Source of the DNA: Schizochytrium sp. TIO01
Taxonomy: Eukaryota; Protista; Bigyra: Labyrinthulomycetes
NCBI GenBank assembly: GCA_004764695.1
Contig: SMSO01000037.1
Span: 1,092,747-1,156,746 of the forward strand
DNA: 64,000 nt
Direction of reading: 5' to 3'
Below, piece by piece: positions 19,879 to 32,003 of this stretch. The notes under the pieces were generated by a model. It was not told the origin of the DNA. It saw only the letters and a list, made by a program, of their open reading frames with translations, and did no database searches. The first letter of the stretch is position 1. Every line of letters begins with the position of its first letter. The translations under genes were made by a program, and so were the position numbers.

Positions 19879-21483
19879 CTAGGTCAGCGGTGCGAAGTAC
19901 TGGTGAAAATAATGTAGGTTCTTGCGAACGAGATCCCACTTGGCTACATCAAAAGTAGCCGCGCTAAAACGCGCTTCTTCGTACAGAGCCACAAATTCAT
20001 CGCAGCGAGATTCACTAATTGCAGTGGATCGATCTGGTGGCTTGCATAAAACCTTTAAACGCCCCATATACTCGCGTACCGTTTCCCACGAATGAATTTT
20101 ATAGGCAGGGTTCTGGCGCGCAGCAAGCTCACTTACAAACTCATATGAACGAGAGGTATATCGTTTGAAATTCACTCGTGATAATTTCGCACCATTTTTT
20201 CGCCCAATCGTTGAGCTATCTACATAGCCCCAGTTGCGGTCCTGGCTTGGAGTATTGCCCTGAATAACCTCATTTTCAGCAATGATCAATTGGATATCGC
20301 GAGCCAAATTGGCACGCATGAGGTAGTTGATAATACATCCATGAATTTCAGTGTTGAACGGCGTAGTGGAGTACGGACGACGCTCCTCGCGTCCTTGGCC
20401 TGTCCAAAGGTCAATAGATCGATTTGGTAAATAGGCGAGAAGGCGCTGGTGCATGAGCCTTCGGCGTTTATAGAGACAAAGGTACAAAAGTAAGGTGAGT
20501 GTGAGGGCTCCAAAAGTAAAGAGGTAATGAATAGGTGAACGAAGTGCAGCAGTGGAGTCATCTCGCAGTTGATCGATGATGCCTTGCATGCACTCTTCAA
20601 GCGTGTCACTATTACAAATTTCACGAACAGATAAGGAAGTCTCTGTGGAATCACCCTGCGTAAAGAGGTAGATAATAACTATCACCAGGACTGCAAGAAT
20701 AATGAGAATAAGTATAGTAAAAGCCCATGAAGTACGCCGAGCAGTGCGCGAGCCTCGGTTTTTCTCTCGAAGATTCATCAACTTTTCTTGATATTCTTTC
20801 AGCTTCATGTCTGCATTTGTCTTATCAAATTGTTGGTCCTCGCGTGTGCTTGCGATCAGTGGCAGCTGGGTGATAGCATCATCGCGTATCTGTGGTCTTT
20901 GTGAGCCCAGTTGTGGAATATTATCTGTTATTGGTTTGCTCGTAGGTGACACTCCATAACGCGAAGCAACCACATTGTTATTTGCAGTCGCAGAGGTACC
21001 AAACGTTGCGGAGTACCCCCCGGAGCTTCCGAGATGGCTATAACTCGGAGCCTGTGCATGATTTTGTTGAGTATGATTCTGAGTGTTGCTACTATAGCCA
21101 CTTGCGCCACTCAAGTACTCGCCATTTAAGTCTAAGTTATTTACATTTGAAGATGCACCATGCTCGTGGCTTTCGTTGATGCTAAGATTTGTGGATTGTA
21201 GTGAAATCCCCGGCGCTTCATGTGCTTGATGCGTCTCTCCAGAGATGTTCACACGTTTCCGCAGATTGCTACCCGTAATATATCGCGGACTAGAGTCAGG
21301 CTCCGCTCGCCAGCTTGTACCAGTCACTGAAGAATTAAGTGAGCTTAGCTCTAGACTCACATTCTTATGACCCATGGGCTGCTGCGGTGGTGACGGTGGT
21401 GGCGCCATTCCCACGTGCTTTTCCGAATTTGGCGAGGGAAAGCGAAACTGATCGATAAAATCCAGTGGCAACAGGCATGCCAC
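19879..21483 (-). CDS. Hypothetical membrane protein (2 TM helices), 534 aa
   Basis: Long ORF; hydrophobic WAFTILILIILAVLVIVIIYLF and YLFTFGALTLTLLLYLCLY. C-terminal ETVREYM...FVALYEEARFS resembles DUF4129/Dlt1-type helical motifs (weak). Confidence 0.75.
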   Translation of the reverse strand: MACLLPLDFIDQFRFPSPNSEKHVGMAPPPSPPQQPMGHKNVSLELSSLNSSVTGTSWRAEPDSSPRYITGSNLRKRVNISGETHQAHEAPGISLQSTNLSINESHEHGASSNVNNLDLNGEYLSGASGYSSNTQNHTQQNHAQAPSYSHLGSSGGYSATFGTSATANNNVVASRYGVSPTSKPITDNIPQLGSQRPQIRDDAITQLPLIASTREDQQFDKTNADMKLKEYQEKLMNLREKNRGSRTARRTSWAFTILILIILAVLVIVIIYLFTQGDSTETSLSVREICNSDTLEECMQGIIDQLRDDSTAALRSPIHYLFTFGALTLTLLLYLCLYKRRRLMHQRLLAYLPNRSIDLWTGQGREERRPYSTTPFNTEIHGCIINYLMRANLARDIQLIIAENEVIQGNTPSQDRNWGYVDSSTIGRKNGAKLSRVNFKRYTSRSYEFVSELAARQNPAYKIHSWETVREYMGRLKVLCKPPDRSTAISESRCDEFVALYEEARFSAATFDVAKWDLVRKNLHYFHQYFAPLT

Positions 21484-22667
21484 GTGCAGACCTCAATGTT
21501 GGTGTTGTTGTGATTTCTCACGCCGCCCAAAGTATCCGCAGCAGATGCTGCAGACACGCAACGTGAGGCCTCTCAGCGCCCAGCGCCGATAAAATAGAGA
21601 TTGAGGTACTAAAAGTACTCTCAACCAAAAGGTTGTGCAATTCAATTCATAGTAATTCTTTTATATATAGGCCTTTATTTATTCTTTCATGAAAAAAAAA
21701 AGAATTCTTTTAATCCCATTCCTCATGGGGCGATTCAATCGCTTCTTTGTTAAGCCATTTTCGCACCGCTTACATTTTAACAGAAAAGACCTCTTCTTGT
21801 TGAAAAAATGGAACTAACTCGAAGTCATTGATTTCAAAGAATTTTGGCGCCCAAACTTTCTTTTCGGCACCCTTTTTTCTCCTTTTGTCTTATCTGGTTT
21901 ATTTCTCAGTTTCTCTTTCCTTGTATTTGGCTCTTACTCCTTTTTTTTAACGGTCTTCTTTCTTTCCTCTTTTGATCAAATGCACTTTCGGGCTGCATTG
22001 CCTTATGTTGTTGCTAAACTAGCTCATGGAAGGAAGTAGGATCATGACTAGCTGTACTTGTTGTGACTTTTAGGCTTCTGGTTAACTTTGATTGAGAAAT
22101 ATCTTCATATCTAGCTAGTAGAAGTCATCAATATTAAAAGTATATGGGTTGGAATATATTCTATCCTCCAAAAAGGCAAAAACATGTAACAACTTTCAAC
22201 AAATAGATACAGCACCTTTTCGAAGTTGTATTGCATCAGAGCTCAAGTGTCTCTGATGCAAAATCTCAAGAGATCACCTAAGTCATTGGGTATCAACCTA
22301 ATTCTTCTCTGTGCTACAATTTCCTTTAAAACACCATTCCAAATTCCGCGCGGGTGACAGAATAAGATTAATTAGTTGGAGATAAAACGAAATATGAAAA
22401 GGCAAGTGTATCAGACAAGACACTCAACAAGAAAGGGACGGGGTCAAACAAAATATGGTTAAAAATGGTAAAAATGCTTGTTTGGGCTTATCGGAATGCA
22501 TATGTATTTGATTAGTTGCACTCACCAGGGGCAGTGCAGGTTTTGTTGATGGTAAAAGAAGTTTAGCGAAAAGACAGTGAGTGATGTGCACAGTGCTAAT
22601 GAAAAGAAAGGCAAAATGATGAACAGGTCCCGGCGTCGGCCTTGGGAACATGATTACACGCATTAGT

Positions 22668-25600
22668 TTACTTCTTGCGTTGCTTCTTCTTCTTAGGTGC
22701 AGCCTCTTCCTCTACGTCCTCATCCTCTTCATCCTCGTCCTCATCCTTGGCCTCCTCCTTCTTCTTCTTGGATCCAGCCACTGAAGCACCAGCCTTGGTG
22801 CGCTTGCCAGCCTCGGACTTTTTGGTTTCCTCCTCGAGCTCCTTCTCGATGAGACGTACAAGAGTATCGGCACGGCGCTGAAGCTCTGCAGCAGTACGCG
22901 ACTTAAAGAACCAGTCAAAGCGAAAGTTCCATGCCTTGCGGATCTCTTGCTTGAGCTGGTCCCAAGCTCCGTAGCCAAGACGCTGAAGCATGCAGACCAA
23001 GAAGCGATCTTCCTCCTCACTGAAAGTCTTACCCTTGTTCGATCCATAATTGATTGTCAGCGACTGCCAGGGGTTCTTCGTGCGAGAGACCTTCTTGTCG
23101 AGGGCCTCGGTAATAGCTGCACGACGAGCAAGCTTCTGTTCACCCTTCTTAATACGGTCAATGATACGTTCGTGGTCCGAAATCTCCTGGTAACGACGCC
23201 AGAAGGTATCGTGGTACTCACGGATTTCTGCCTTGGGCTTGCCCGTCGCCTCGGCAACGTCGGCAAGAATATCATCGCGAGCATCGCGACCATGGCGCTC
23301 ACAAGCCTGAGTGTAAGCGCGGAAGTCTCGGCGGTTCCATGATCCAAAGCCCTCGTTGATGAGACGCTCCTTCTCAGCCTGCTCCTCTGGTGAAAGCTCC
23401 ATGGTAGAGAGCTCCTCCTCGAGACGCTCTGAGAGTGGCTTCTCCTCGCTCGAGGTAGCCGCCCCTGCAGTAGAACTGCGGCGTTCATTGGCCTTGGCTT
23501 CCTTAATGCGTTGCATCTGAGCACGGCGTTGAGTAATAAACTCATGTTCCTTCTTCTCGAGTGCCTCAATCTTCTCCTTCTGGTAAAACTGGAAGTCGTG
23601 CATTGTGAGACCCTTGGGGAGACGAGCCTCCTTCTTCTGTTTCGCTTCTGACGATGTGTTGAGAGCATCGCGGTAGTATTCGTTCACATCGTAGTTCTTC
23701 TTACGCGCACGCTGCGGCAGGGCAATGAAGTTGCCAACCTTCTTTCCGCGATAGTTTTCACCATCGAACACAAAGGTGTCCTGAGTGGCACCATCGTCTA
23801 GGCGAAAATTGAGCAAGTTGTGCTGGGCGTCGGTCTGGTATTTTGATTTGGTCTCCTCAGTGCGCTGGCGACCCTTTTCAAGAATCATGTCGATATCTTC
23901 ATCTGTGACAGTAGCACCGGTGGTTTTGAAGATAGCTTCGGCACCAAACTTGACCATGGTCATGAGCTCGTCCTTGTCAAGGTTCTTGTTCTGCTGCTGC
24001 AGACGACCCTGCTGCACGACGACGGCATCAAGGTAGAGCTTCTTCTCAGCGCGCTCCACAATTTTTTCTTCTACAGTACCTTCAGTGACAAAGCGGAATA
24101 CCGTCACTTCCTTCTTTTGACCAATACGGTGGGCACGATCCTGGGCCTGCAAATCCATCTGCGGGTTCCAATCAGAATCGTACAGAACAACAATGTTGGC
24201 AGTCTGCAAGTTGATACCGAGACCACCAGCACGGGTCGAGAGAAGGAAGACGAACTTGCTTGAGCCGGGTTCGTTATACTCGGCCATGTATTTGTCACGG
24301 TCCTCACCCTTAGTCTGACCATCAATACGGCAGTACTGGTACCCGCGGAAACGCATGTAATCCTCCAAAATATCAAGGAGACGAGTCATTTGCGAGAAAA
24401 TCAGAACACGGTCTCCGTTGGCTTTGAGCTTGGTCAAGAGCTTGTCAAGAAGAAGCATCTTACCAGAGTTCTCCCACAAGTGGGGACCATCAAAGTACGG
24501 TGGGCCAGGTTCAGCACCTTGGAACAGGTAAGGGTGGTTACATACCTTACGCAGCTGCATGAGGATGTTTAGCAGACGAGTCTTCTCAGGGCCGCCAAGC
24601 TGGTTAAGGGCAGCAACGTCACGGCTCAAGGTCTTCTTGTACCAGTATGTCTGCATCTCAGTCATACCTGTGAAGAGCTTAATTTCACGCTTCGGCGGCA
24701 GGGCGTCCTCAACGTCAGACTTGAGACGACGGAGCATGAAGGGGCGAAGAATAGCGTGAAGCTTGGACACGACGCTTTCCTCCGCCATATTTTCGAGCTT
24801 GAAGAAGTCCTCAAAGACCTCAGAGTCACTGAAGACTTCAGGGAGCAAAAAGTTAAGAAGGGCCCAGAGCTCGCGGAAGGTTGTTCTGAAGCGGGGTACC
24901 TGTAATCAAAAGACGGAATTCTGTGTCGAGTTCACGCACAACCTGTGAGAGACGCGACTGCTCGTTCTTGATGCTGTGAGCTTCGTCCATGATGAGGAAG
25001 CGCCACTTGTACTTGAGAAAGGATGATCGTTCGATACGCACGACCTCGTATGTGGTCACCACCACGTCAAAGGTACCAGCAATCATGGTGTCGTGGATCT
25101 GTTGTGCACGCTCCTGCTGGTTGCCGTGGATCTTGATCACGCGGAGGGACGGGCACCAACGCGCGAACTCACGCTGCCAGTTGCCCAAGACTGACTTGGG
25201 TACAATCACAATGTGCGGGCCGCTCACGTTGCGGTCATTTTTAAGGTATCCAAGCAAGGAGATCGTCTGCAGGGTCTTACCGAGACCCATCTCATCGGCC
25301 AAGATGCCGTTAATGCCCTGCTCGTAGAGGTTGATCATCCAGTTCAGACCCTCGATCTGGTAGGGACGCATGGTGCCGAAGGCAATGCACTTGGGCTGTA
25401 CAGTCAAACGGGTAAGAACCTTGCCCTTGAGTGAGTCTGCCATCAATTCCTCGTCCTCCTCTTCTTCAGTCTTGCGTCCTCGAGATCCTGCACCAGCCGC
25501 TGCTGCCTTCTTCTTCGCAGCTTTCTTCTTTTTAGGCTCCGCTGCAGGGGCGTTCATGAACTTGGCAAAGACATCTGTCTGCTCCTGGAGAAACTGAAGA

Positions 25601-26509
25601 CGAGCCTCTGCGCTACGCTTGCTGGACTTAGCAAGCTGAGCATTTTGCCTCTCGCGGATACGTTTCAGCTCAGACTCGTGCATTTGTTTGGCCTCGCTGC
25701 GAGAAAACTCCTCTTGCTTTGCGAGCTCCTCCTTAAGCACATCCTCCTCGATACTTCCCTTTCGGGGCGATCCGGGAATATCTGCAGCAGGCTTGTTGTC
25801 GCCCTCTTCCTCCTCTTCCCTCGTCCTCATCCATCTTGTCATCCTCGTCCTCCATTTTTTTATCCTCATCTTTTTTCTTGTCTTCATCCTCATCCTTCTC
25901 ATCTTCAGCAGCAGGTGCTTCTGCAGGCTGGTCCTCCTTCTTTTCTGAGTTCTTGGTAGCATCATCTTCAGTAGTTGCGGCCTTTTCCTCTTTTGCGTCT
26001 TTCTCGTCGTCTTCCTCCATCTTGTCTTCTTCGTCAGGTTTCTTCACCTCTTCAGACTTTTCGGATTCCTCAGATTTTCCAGCGGCTTCGGCTTCGGGTT
26101 TCTCCGCATCCTCAGGTTTCTTTGCATCCTCAGAGGCCTTGGGCTCTTCAGGTGCTTTGGGCTCTTCTTCAGAGGTCTTAGCCTCTCCAGCACTTGCCTC
26201 CTTCTCTTCACCAGACGAAGATACTTTCTCTTGCGAGGCCGGAGCTGTCTCCTCTCCAGAGGTCTTCTCTTCCGGTTTCTTTTCTTCCTCCTCGCTGCCG
26301 TCCTTCTTGTCTTCCTTGGCCTCGTCAGCCTTATCCGCCTTGGCCTCCTCTTCGCCGTCCTTCTTCTCGTCACTCTTGGCTTCCTTGGCGTCCACCTCCA
26401 TGGCGTCAGCTGCTGGTGCCGGAGCGCCGTCCGCAGCAGCTTCTGCTGCCTCGCCCGGCGCCGCGGCGGCCTCTGTCGCCTCGGCCTTGCGCTCCTGCTC
26501 CTCGCTCAT
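22668..26509 (-). CDS. ISWI: ISWI chromatin-remodelling ATPase (SNF2_N, helicase C, HAND-SANT-SLIDE), ~1279 aa after removing two +1 indels (~25819, ~24876)
   Basis: [29 protein letters not shown]|[61 protein letters not shown] pieces 25733-26644, 24853-25965 and 22668-24848 join by deleting one base at each junction. Confidence 0.95.
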
Positions 26510-26832
26510 GGTCGCTATCGGTTTGGAGATAGGAGTTTGGAGCAGAGAAGAAACGAGATTCGTTTGTTTGTTTGTTTGTTCCTTTCTTTGTTTTATTCTA
26601 TTAGCAAAAGCAGTGAGCGAGTGCCTAAAGACCTCCAAGCTCAAGCGGCCAACGCGCCTCAGCCAGCTGCCCAGCCACCCGCCTGGACCCAGCCGCGGTT
26701 CCGGTTCGGGCCAGCCCGGTGTGCCCCTTCCTGAGTCACTCGCTCTCTCGCGCCGCGCCGCCCCGCTCCGTGCCCGAGCGGAGTTGCCTTGGATACCAAA
26801 TTGGTCGAGCGACCGCTCCTCACGAGCCGCTG

Positions 26833-26940
26833 CCGCGCGCTATACTCCACTTCCCGCGCGCTATACTCTACTTCCCGCCCCCTATACCCACTTTCCGCCC
26901 CCTATACTCTACTTTCCGCCCGCCTATACTCTACTTGCGC
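26833..26940. repeat. ~21-bp minisatellite x5 (CTATACTCTACTTTCCGCCC-like) in the GC-rich ISWI upstream region
   Basis: CTATAC cores at 26840, 26861, 26882, 26902, 26924. Confidence 0.85.
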
Positions 26941-27356
26941 CCCGCGTGCTTAGCTGGCGCCGCCGCCGCCGCCTGATCTTCCAGGATATCCTCGGCTACC
27001 GGCGGCCTCCTACTGCCGCTAGCCACGCCCTACGCGGCGCCATTGCTTTCCGCGCACCTGAGGCCGCGCCGCCAGAGCCGCCGGGGGCTCTCAGGGAGGG
27101 CCCAGGGCAAGCCCGGGAGGGCCTCCGGGCGGCCTGAGACCTCTTTCTGCAGACCTCCTCGCGGAATCTGCGAAAGATGCGCGCTTTGGCTGTTGGGCCA
27201 CTGCTACGGTTTTGCGTAGCTAGAGACTAAGACCTCGGTCTGGAAAAAACGTTCGTTGGGAGTACATTACATTACATTGCATTGCATTCTTTACATCTTG
27301 GGAGTAACTGGTGCTGGGACTAGTTTTTAGGCTAAGTGGGTCCTAGAGGATTGCGT

Positions 27357-27416
27357 GAATGAATGAATGAATGAATGAATGAATGAATGAATGAATGAAT
27401 GAATGAATGAATGAAT
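27357..27416. repeat. (GAAT)15 microsatellite
   Basis: Direct reading. Confidence 0.95.
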
Positions 27417-28467
27417 GATGATTTGATGATGGAATTGCAATCGTTGCGGCGGAGGAGAATCAACAGCGCTTGTGAAGTCGGTGGCTTGAGGCTTGGAAGA
27501 TGGAGAGGCATGGGAGCCGAGACTCTTGAAGGTTTGGCGGGTATTGGAGCCCAAGATTTGGCATCCAAGAGTGGTCGTTAACTGCGGTTGTACCTGAAAA
27601 TCATCTTGTGTGCATTGCATTGCATTGTATTGCATTGCATTGTCTGCTTAGGCTCTGATTCTTGTGACGGCCTGACGATGATGTGCTCTTTACGTGGACC
27701 GCTTTAGATGCTTTGGGTTGGAGCCACAGTGGAGCCATAGCTGTAAAGGCACAGCCACGGATTAGAGCGAGCTTTGCGAAAATATAAAAGAGGGGTGAAT
27801 TTAGGCCAAGGTTGAAGGTACATCTTCTTCTTTTTTAACTAACAATTTCTATTTATTCGCACAAGTTTGTTGTTTCCGAAAAGATATTGATCCAACAATC
27901 GCGGTGTCGATTATGCCGAGGAATTGGCTTCTAATAGGATAGTGCCGCCATAGAGAGAAAGCGCCTGCGTCTTTGCCAGGAAGGCCTATATATACATTTG
28001 GGATGGTAAGTATTGAATTAAAAAAAAGGGAAAAAAAAGAAAAAAAAAGTCAAGTTATAATCATCGCGCCGTCTGCGCACACAAGGTCAGATGTGATAAT
28101 GGTATTTGCAAGGCATTCATGGGTCGATTAGGCCTTGACAATGTAAGTGTAGTGCATTTGTGTATGTAGAAGGAATAGATGGTCGTCTTTTACGTATTGC
28201 AGAAAGAGACGGCTTGAGTTGGGCTGGGCAGAGAAAACCAGTCTAATCACTCCAATCTCAGGACAACAAACTCGTGAGACTAAATCTAGATTTTAAGCCA
28301 AAATGTGAAATGTGAGTTAAACCAAACGACGAAAGGAGTAGATCACAAGGTCCGTGGTACTCCCCCTTTCACATGAAGGCTTCTGGGGGAGAAACAATTT
28401 CTCATTTTCCTCTAGAGGACATTGCTACGCAAATTACAAACCCAGTTCAATATATATGAAATAAGAA

Positions 28468-29553
28468 TTAGAGCTGGGTGTTGTTGTTTCCGTTGTTAGT
28501 ATCCATTACACCTGGCGGCTGTGGCGGTGACGGATGGGCTGGGTGGTCCATCATAGACAAACCAGACGGGGGAAGAGCACCAAGCCTCGAGGCATTGGTC
28601 GGGTGCGGATCGTCCACGCCCTCCGGCAAGGGAAACCCCGTATCGGCACCTGCAGGTTTCAGGCGCTTAGACATATTCGTTGGAATTAGGCGTGGTTTCT
28701 CATGCGTTGTGCACTTAAGAATAGGATAAGGACCTCCTGAGTGGTGAATTTCAAAACAAGTACGATTTTCACCCTGATCCTTGAACCGTGCAATCTGACA
28801 CAGTGGCAGGATAGGAGCATCTTTGATATTTTCATTTACGGATGCAGCGGCAGATTGGGCACACACGAAGCAACCGAACTTTGTCTTGTAGCCTCGACGG
28901 TGGTGAGCTTTGCCTGTTTTGCACGACTCGCAACATACAATGCAGCGCCTGACCTTGGCATTCGCTCCGCTACTACTCGGCCGGTGGTTTAATGCCTCCG
29001 CTGTACTACGGATAGGCTTGAACTGGCCTAAATTCCAATAGTCACGAGCATGGCGCTGACCCGAATTCCTTGCTTTTACAATGTCGGCATCGTCGTCTTC
29101 ATTACCTGCATTGCCGCTGAGAGAGCTTCCCTGACTAGACGCATCTCGTAGGGCATTCGCTCGTTTTGTGCCACGGTCCACAACGTAGCCCAAGTTAATA
29201 TCAGGTCCGTGCAAGCCGCGAAAGCCCCAGTTTGCGATAGGATTGTCAAAGATAACAATCTCTACATCATTTGCCGAAAAATCGAACTTAGAGAGATTGG
29301 CATAAAGCCCAGTAACTAATTTCTTCTTATCGTCGTTTGATCTGCCTGAGATAAGCAGGATTTCAATCGTCATATACGCTTCAGACTTGCTAGCTGGTGT
29401 TACCAAATCCTCTGGATTGAGTGGAAAGTAGCGGTGAAACTTCTTTTCTGCTGGCAGATTCACCGCCGCTTTCATTGCTTCATGAATCGCCTCCGAGATT
29501 TGTTCCCGGCGACCTTCCAATTTGTCTCGCCTGGCGTATATTTTCACGCTCAT
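28468..29553 (-). CDS. Tautomerase-superfamily (Tautomerase_2/YusQ-like, no Pro1) domain fused to a piggyBac-type Cys/His zinc-ribbon and Pro-rich tail, 361 aa
   Basis: aa1-126: MSVKIY...ISEAIH...LPAEKKFHRYFPL...TIEILLISGRSNDDKKKL...DVEIVIFDNPIANWGFRG. aa202-271: RRCIVC...RGYKTKFGCFVC...LPLC...TCFEIHH. Single uninterrupted ORF. Confidence 0.8.
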   Translation of the reverse strand: MSVKIYARRDKLEGRREQISEAIHEAMKAAVNLPAEKKFHRYFPLNPEDLVTPASKSEAYMTIEILLISGRSNDDKKKLVTGLYANLSKFDFSANDVEIVIFDNPIANWGFRGLHGPDINLGYVVDRGTKRANALRDASSQGSSLSGNAGNEDDDADIVKARNSGQRHARDYWNLGQFKPIRSTAEALNHRPSSSGANAKVRRCIVCCESCKTGKAHHRRGYKTKFGCFVCAQSAAASVNENIKDAPILPLCQIARFKDQGENRTCFEIHHSGGPYPILKCTTHEKPRLIPTNMSKRLKPAGADTGFPLPEGVDDPHPTNASRLGALPPSGLSMMDHPAHPSPPQPPGVMDTNNGNNNTQL

Positions 29554-31274
29554 CCTGGCAACCCAGTTCAGCCAGCTTCCAACGACCTTCGAACTCTACG
29601 AGCAGAAGCAACAGAATAGATCAAAGGACTCTATCCTCAAACGAATCGGGAAAACGCGTGGACTGAGGTGCCTCAAATCCTGATGTTCTATCCGTGAAGC
29701 AAATCGTGTTGATGATGAAAGCAAACCACAATACAAGCTCAATGTCAATCAGTCAGCCGCCCCCCCACAAACTAGGCAGCGACAGTCTTTCTTCTGGACC
29801 GATACGTCGTCTGCTTTCGAGTGTGCTGCTTCTGTCTTCAGCCTAAGTGCTTATGATTTGTCTCAGATCCTTGGCGAGCCAAATCTCCTGTGCCACAGCG
29901 TGGCACGTTTGAGGCCGACGTGAGTGTCGCTGCAGCTCGAGGTAGCACTGGGCCCTCGTGAGCAGCCTAACCGCTGCCTTCAGGGTGGGCCGGGGTCGTC
30001 CGTGAGCTTGTTGGCGGCAATAAAGAGGGTCTGCCTTCAAGTGTTACTGGAGAGACCTTTTGTCTCTTGTCTTGTCTTGTTTATTTTGTTTTATTTTGTT
30101 ATGTCTTTATTTTCTTTCTTCCATCGCAATACTTCTTTCTCAAGTGAGTTATAGATAAACTCAACTGAAATAAACATGCATATTGTATGTTATAAAGAAA
30201 TACTTCATTTGTGTCTATATCTGGAGGGGAGGGAAAATCCTGGCGTTCATAAGTGTTCTCTTTGAGTTTTTATGTGTATAATACCAGGTGTTCTACTTTC
30301 TAAAACAACATACTTTTTCTTTTTACAAAGAAATAAAACTTTGAAAGCGCATCGCGATTTGGCAATGCGACAAGGTGCCAAGAGCTCGAAATAACATACC
30401 TCCTTACTATGAAAAGCTAAAGATGGTTGACGAAGCCACATGATCTTCATGTAAGGCCGTCCTAAGATAAATCTGCATGAAGTCATGCAAATTTCTCTTC
30501 TGATATCAGGCAAAATAATTAGCGAGTTCCTAGAATAGACTTCACGGTTTAGTGGAGGAAAAGACCTAGAATGTGCGTGAGATGCACCAGATGTATATTC
30601 AATTCAAAGATAAGCAACAGATATAGATGGGTCAACTATACATTCATAGGCTGTTCAAGGAGTGAAAGTACCGAATGTGCACAGGTTCTGTGGCCATGAA
30701 CATTTTGTGAAATTTCGACTGCCTTGCGAAGCAATTGGCAAGTTCCTGTTTGAATCCGAGAATCCAGGCAAGTGCATTGGATATCTGCCTGAAGAACCTT
30801 GCAAAATGATACATAAACGCAAAAAACCTAAAAAACTCAATGCCTACTAGATAGAAAACAAGACAGCAGTTGAAGCCTACTAAAAGTTCCATGCACGATA
30901 AGAACCACCCGAAACAGCACAGTATTGAACAAATTAAACTTAGCATATATTAATCCCCTAAACAATGAAGAAGCTATTGAAGGTTACTCTCCTCGTCTGC
31001 AATTGTCTTCGTTCCAAGATTGATCAGCAATTGTTTACTTAAATGAATTCACTTCTTAGTACTAACTTAAATACTCTTAGGGGTCGCTCTTCGTCCAGGC
31101 AAATAGAGAATCACATGGGAAAACCAGTGAAGCAGATCAAAGACCTATTCAAGGTTTCGCTCAAGCAGCAGACAACGGGGCCACACTCGCCGCGAGCAGT
31201 TTGTCAGGCACTTTGTTTACCTTGTTGCAGCCTTATTGTGGAAGGGTCGTAGTGTGACTGACTTTAAGGCCACC

Positions 31275-32003
31275 ATGGACCGCAGACGGCAGAGCTACAG
31301 CCCAGAGAGAACATCTTCGTCTGCAAGACGACCTCGCGACGACTTTGGCCGCGATTATCGTCGCCAAGACCATCGTGGAGGTCGCGACGATGATGAAGAC
31401 TTGTATAGATCACACAGAGACCGTAGAGATCACAGACCTCGCGATCGACGGGATTATCATCGTGATGAAGAACGCGACTATTACGATCGCGAAGATGATC
31501 GTAGCAAACGTAGACGCCGAGACCGCAGCGATTATGATGATGATTACGAGAGAGACCACGTTGAAGATCGAGGAAGACGGGATCGCGATGACTATGATCG
31601 TAGTAGAGATCACAAAGTTCGTGATGAAGACTATCGTGACGTTGAAAGGGGTCGCCGTGAGGATGATGCGAGCACATATCCGAAAGATGATGACAAAGAC
31701 ACTGGCAAAGATGAGGCCGAGGACGAAGTCGAGGTCGATGAATTTGGGCGTGTCATGACCAAAGAGCGTAAGAAAGCAGCGAACATGACCCAGGAAGAGA
31801 AAATGCAAGGTATGAGCGAGGAGGAGCAGATGAAAATGATGCTTGGCTTTACATCCTTCGATACTACTAAAGACAAAGTTGTGGAAGATAACCAACGAGG
31901 GCCCGCACGCGGGGCGGTAGCAAAGAATAAAAAGCCTGGCTACAGACAGTATATGAACCGCAAAGGTGGTTTTAACCGTTCTCTTGACAATCCTGACAAA
32001 TAA
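31275..32003 (+). CDS. SNRNP27: U4/U6.U5 tri-snRNP 27 kDa protein (DUF1777)
   Basis: RD-rich N-terminus; C-terminal MMLGFTSFDTTKDKVV...YRQYMNRKGGFNRSLD. Confidence 0.93.
   Translation: MDRRRQSYSPERTSSSARRPRDDFGRDYRRQDHRGGRDDDEDLYRSHRDRRDHRPRDRRDYHRDEERDYYDREDDRSKRRRRDRSDYDDDYERDHVEDRGRRDRDDYDRSRDHKVRDEDYRDVERGRREDDASTYPKDDDKDTGKDEAEDEVEVDEFGRVMTKERKKAANMTQEEKMQGMSEEEQMKMMLGFTSFDTTKDKVVEDNQRGPARGAVAKNKKPGYRQYMNRKGGFNRSLDNPDK

Noticed and set aside
25836-27137. 433-aa + strand ORF
   Set aside because: Ser-rich antisense shadow of the E/K-rich ISWI N-terminus plus its GC-rich promoter
2864-27244. Shared short words CCTCGGTCTGGA (2864, 27233) and TGCGTAGCTAG (3677, 27213)
   Set aside because: 11-12-mer matches are expected by chance many times in 64 kb, and the flanks do not align
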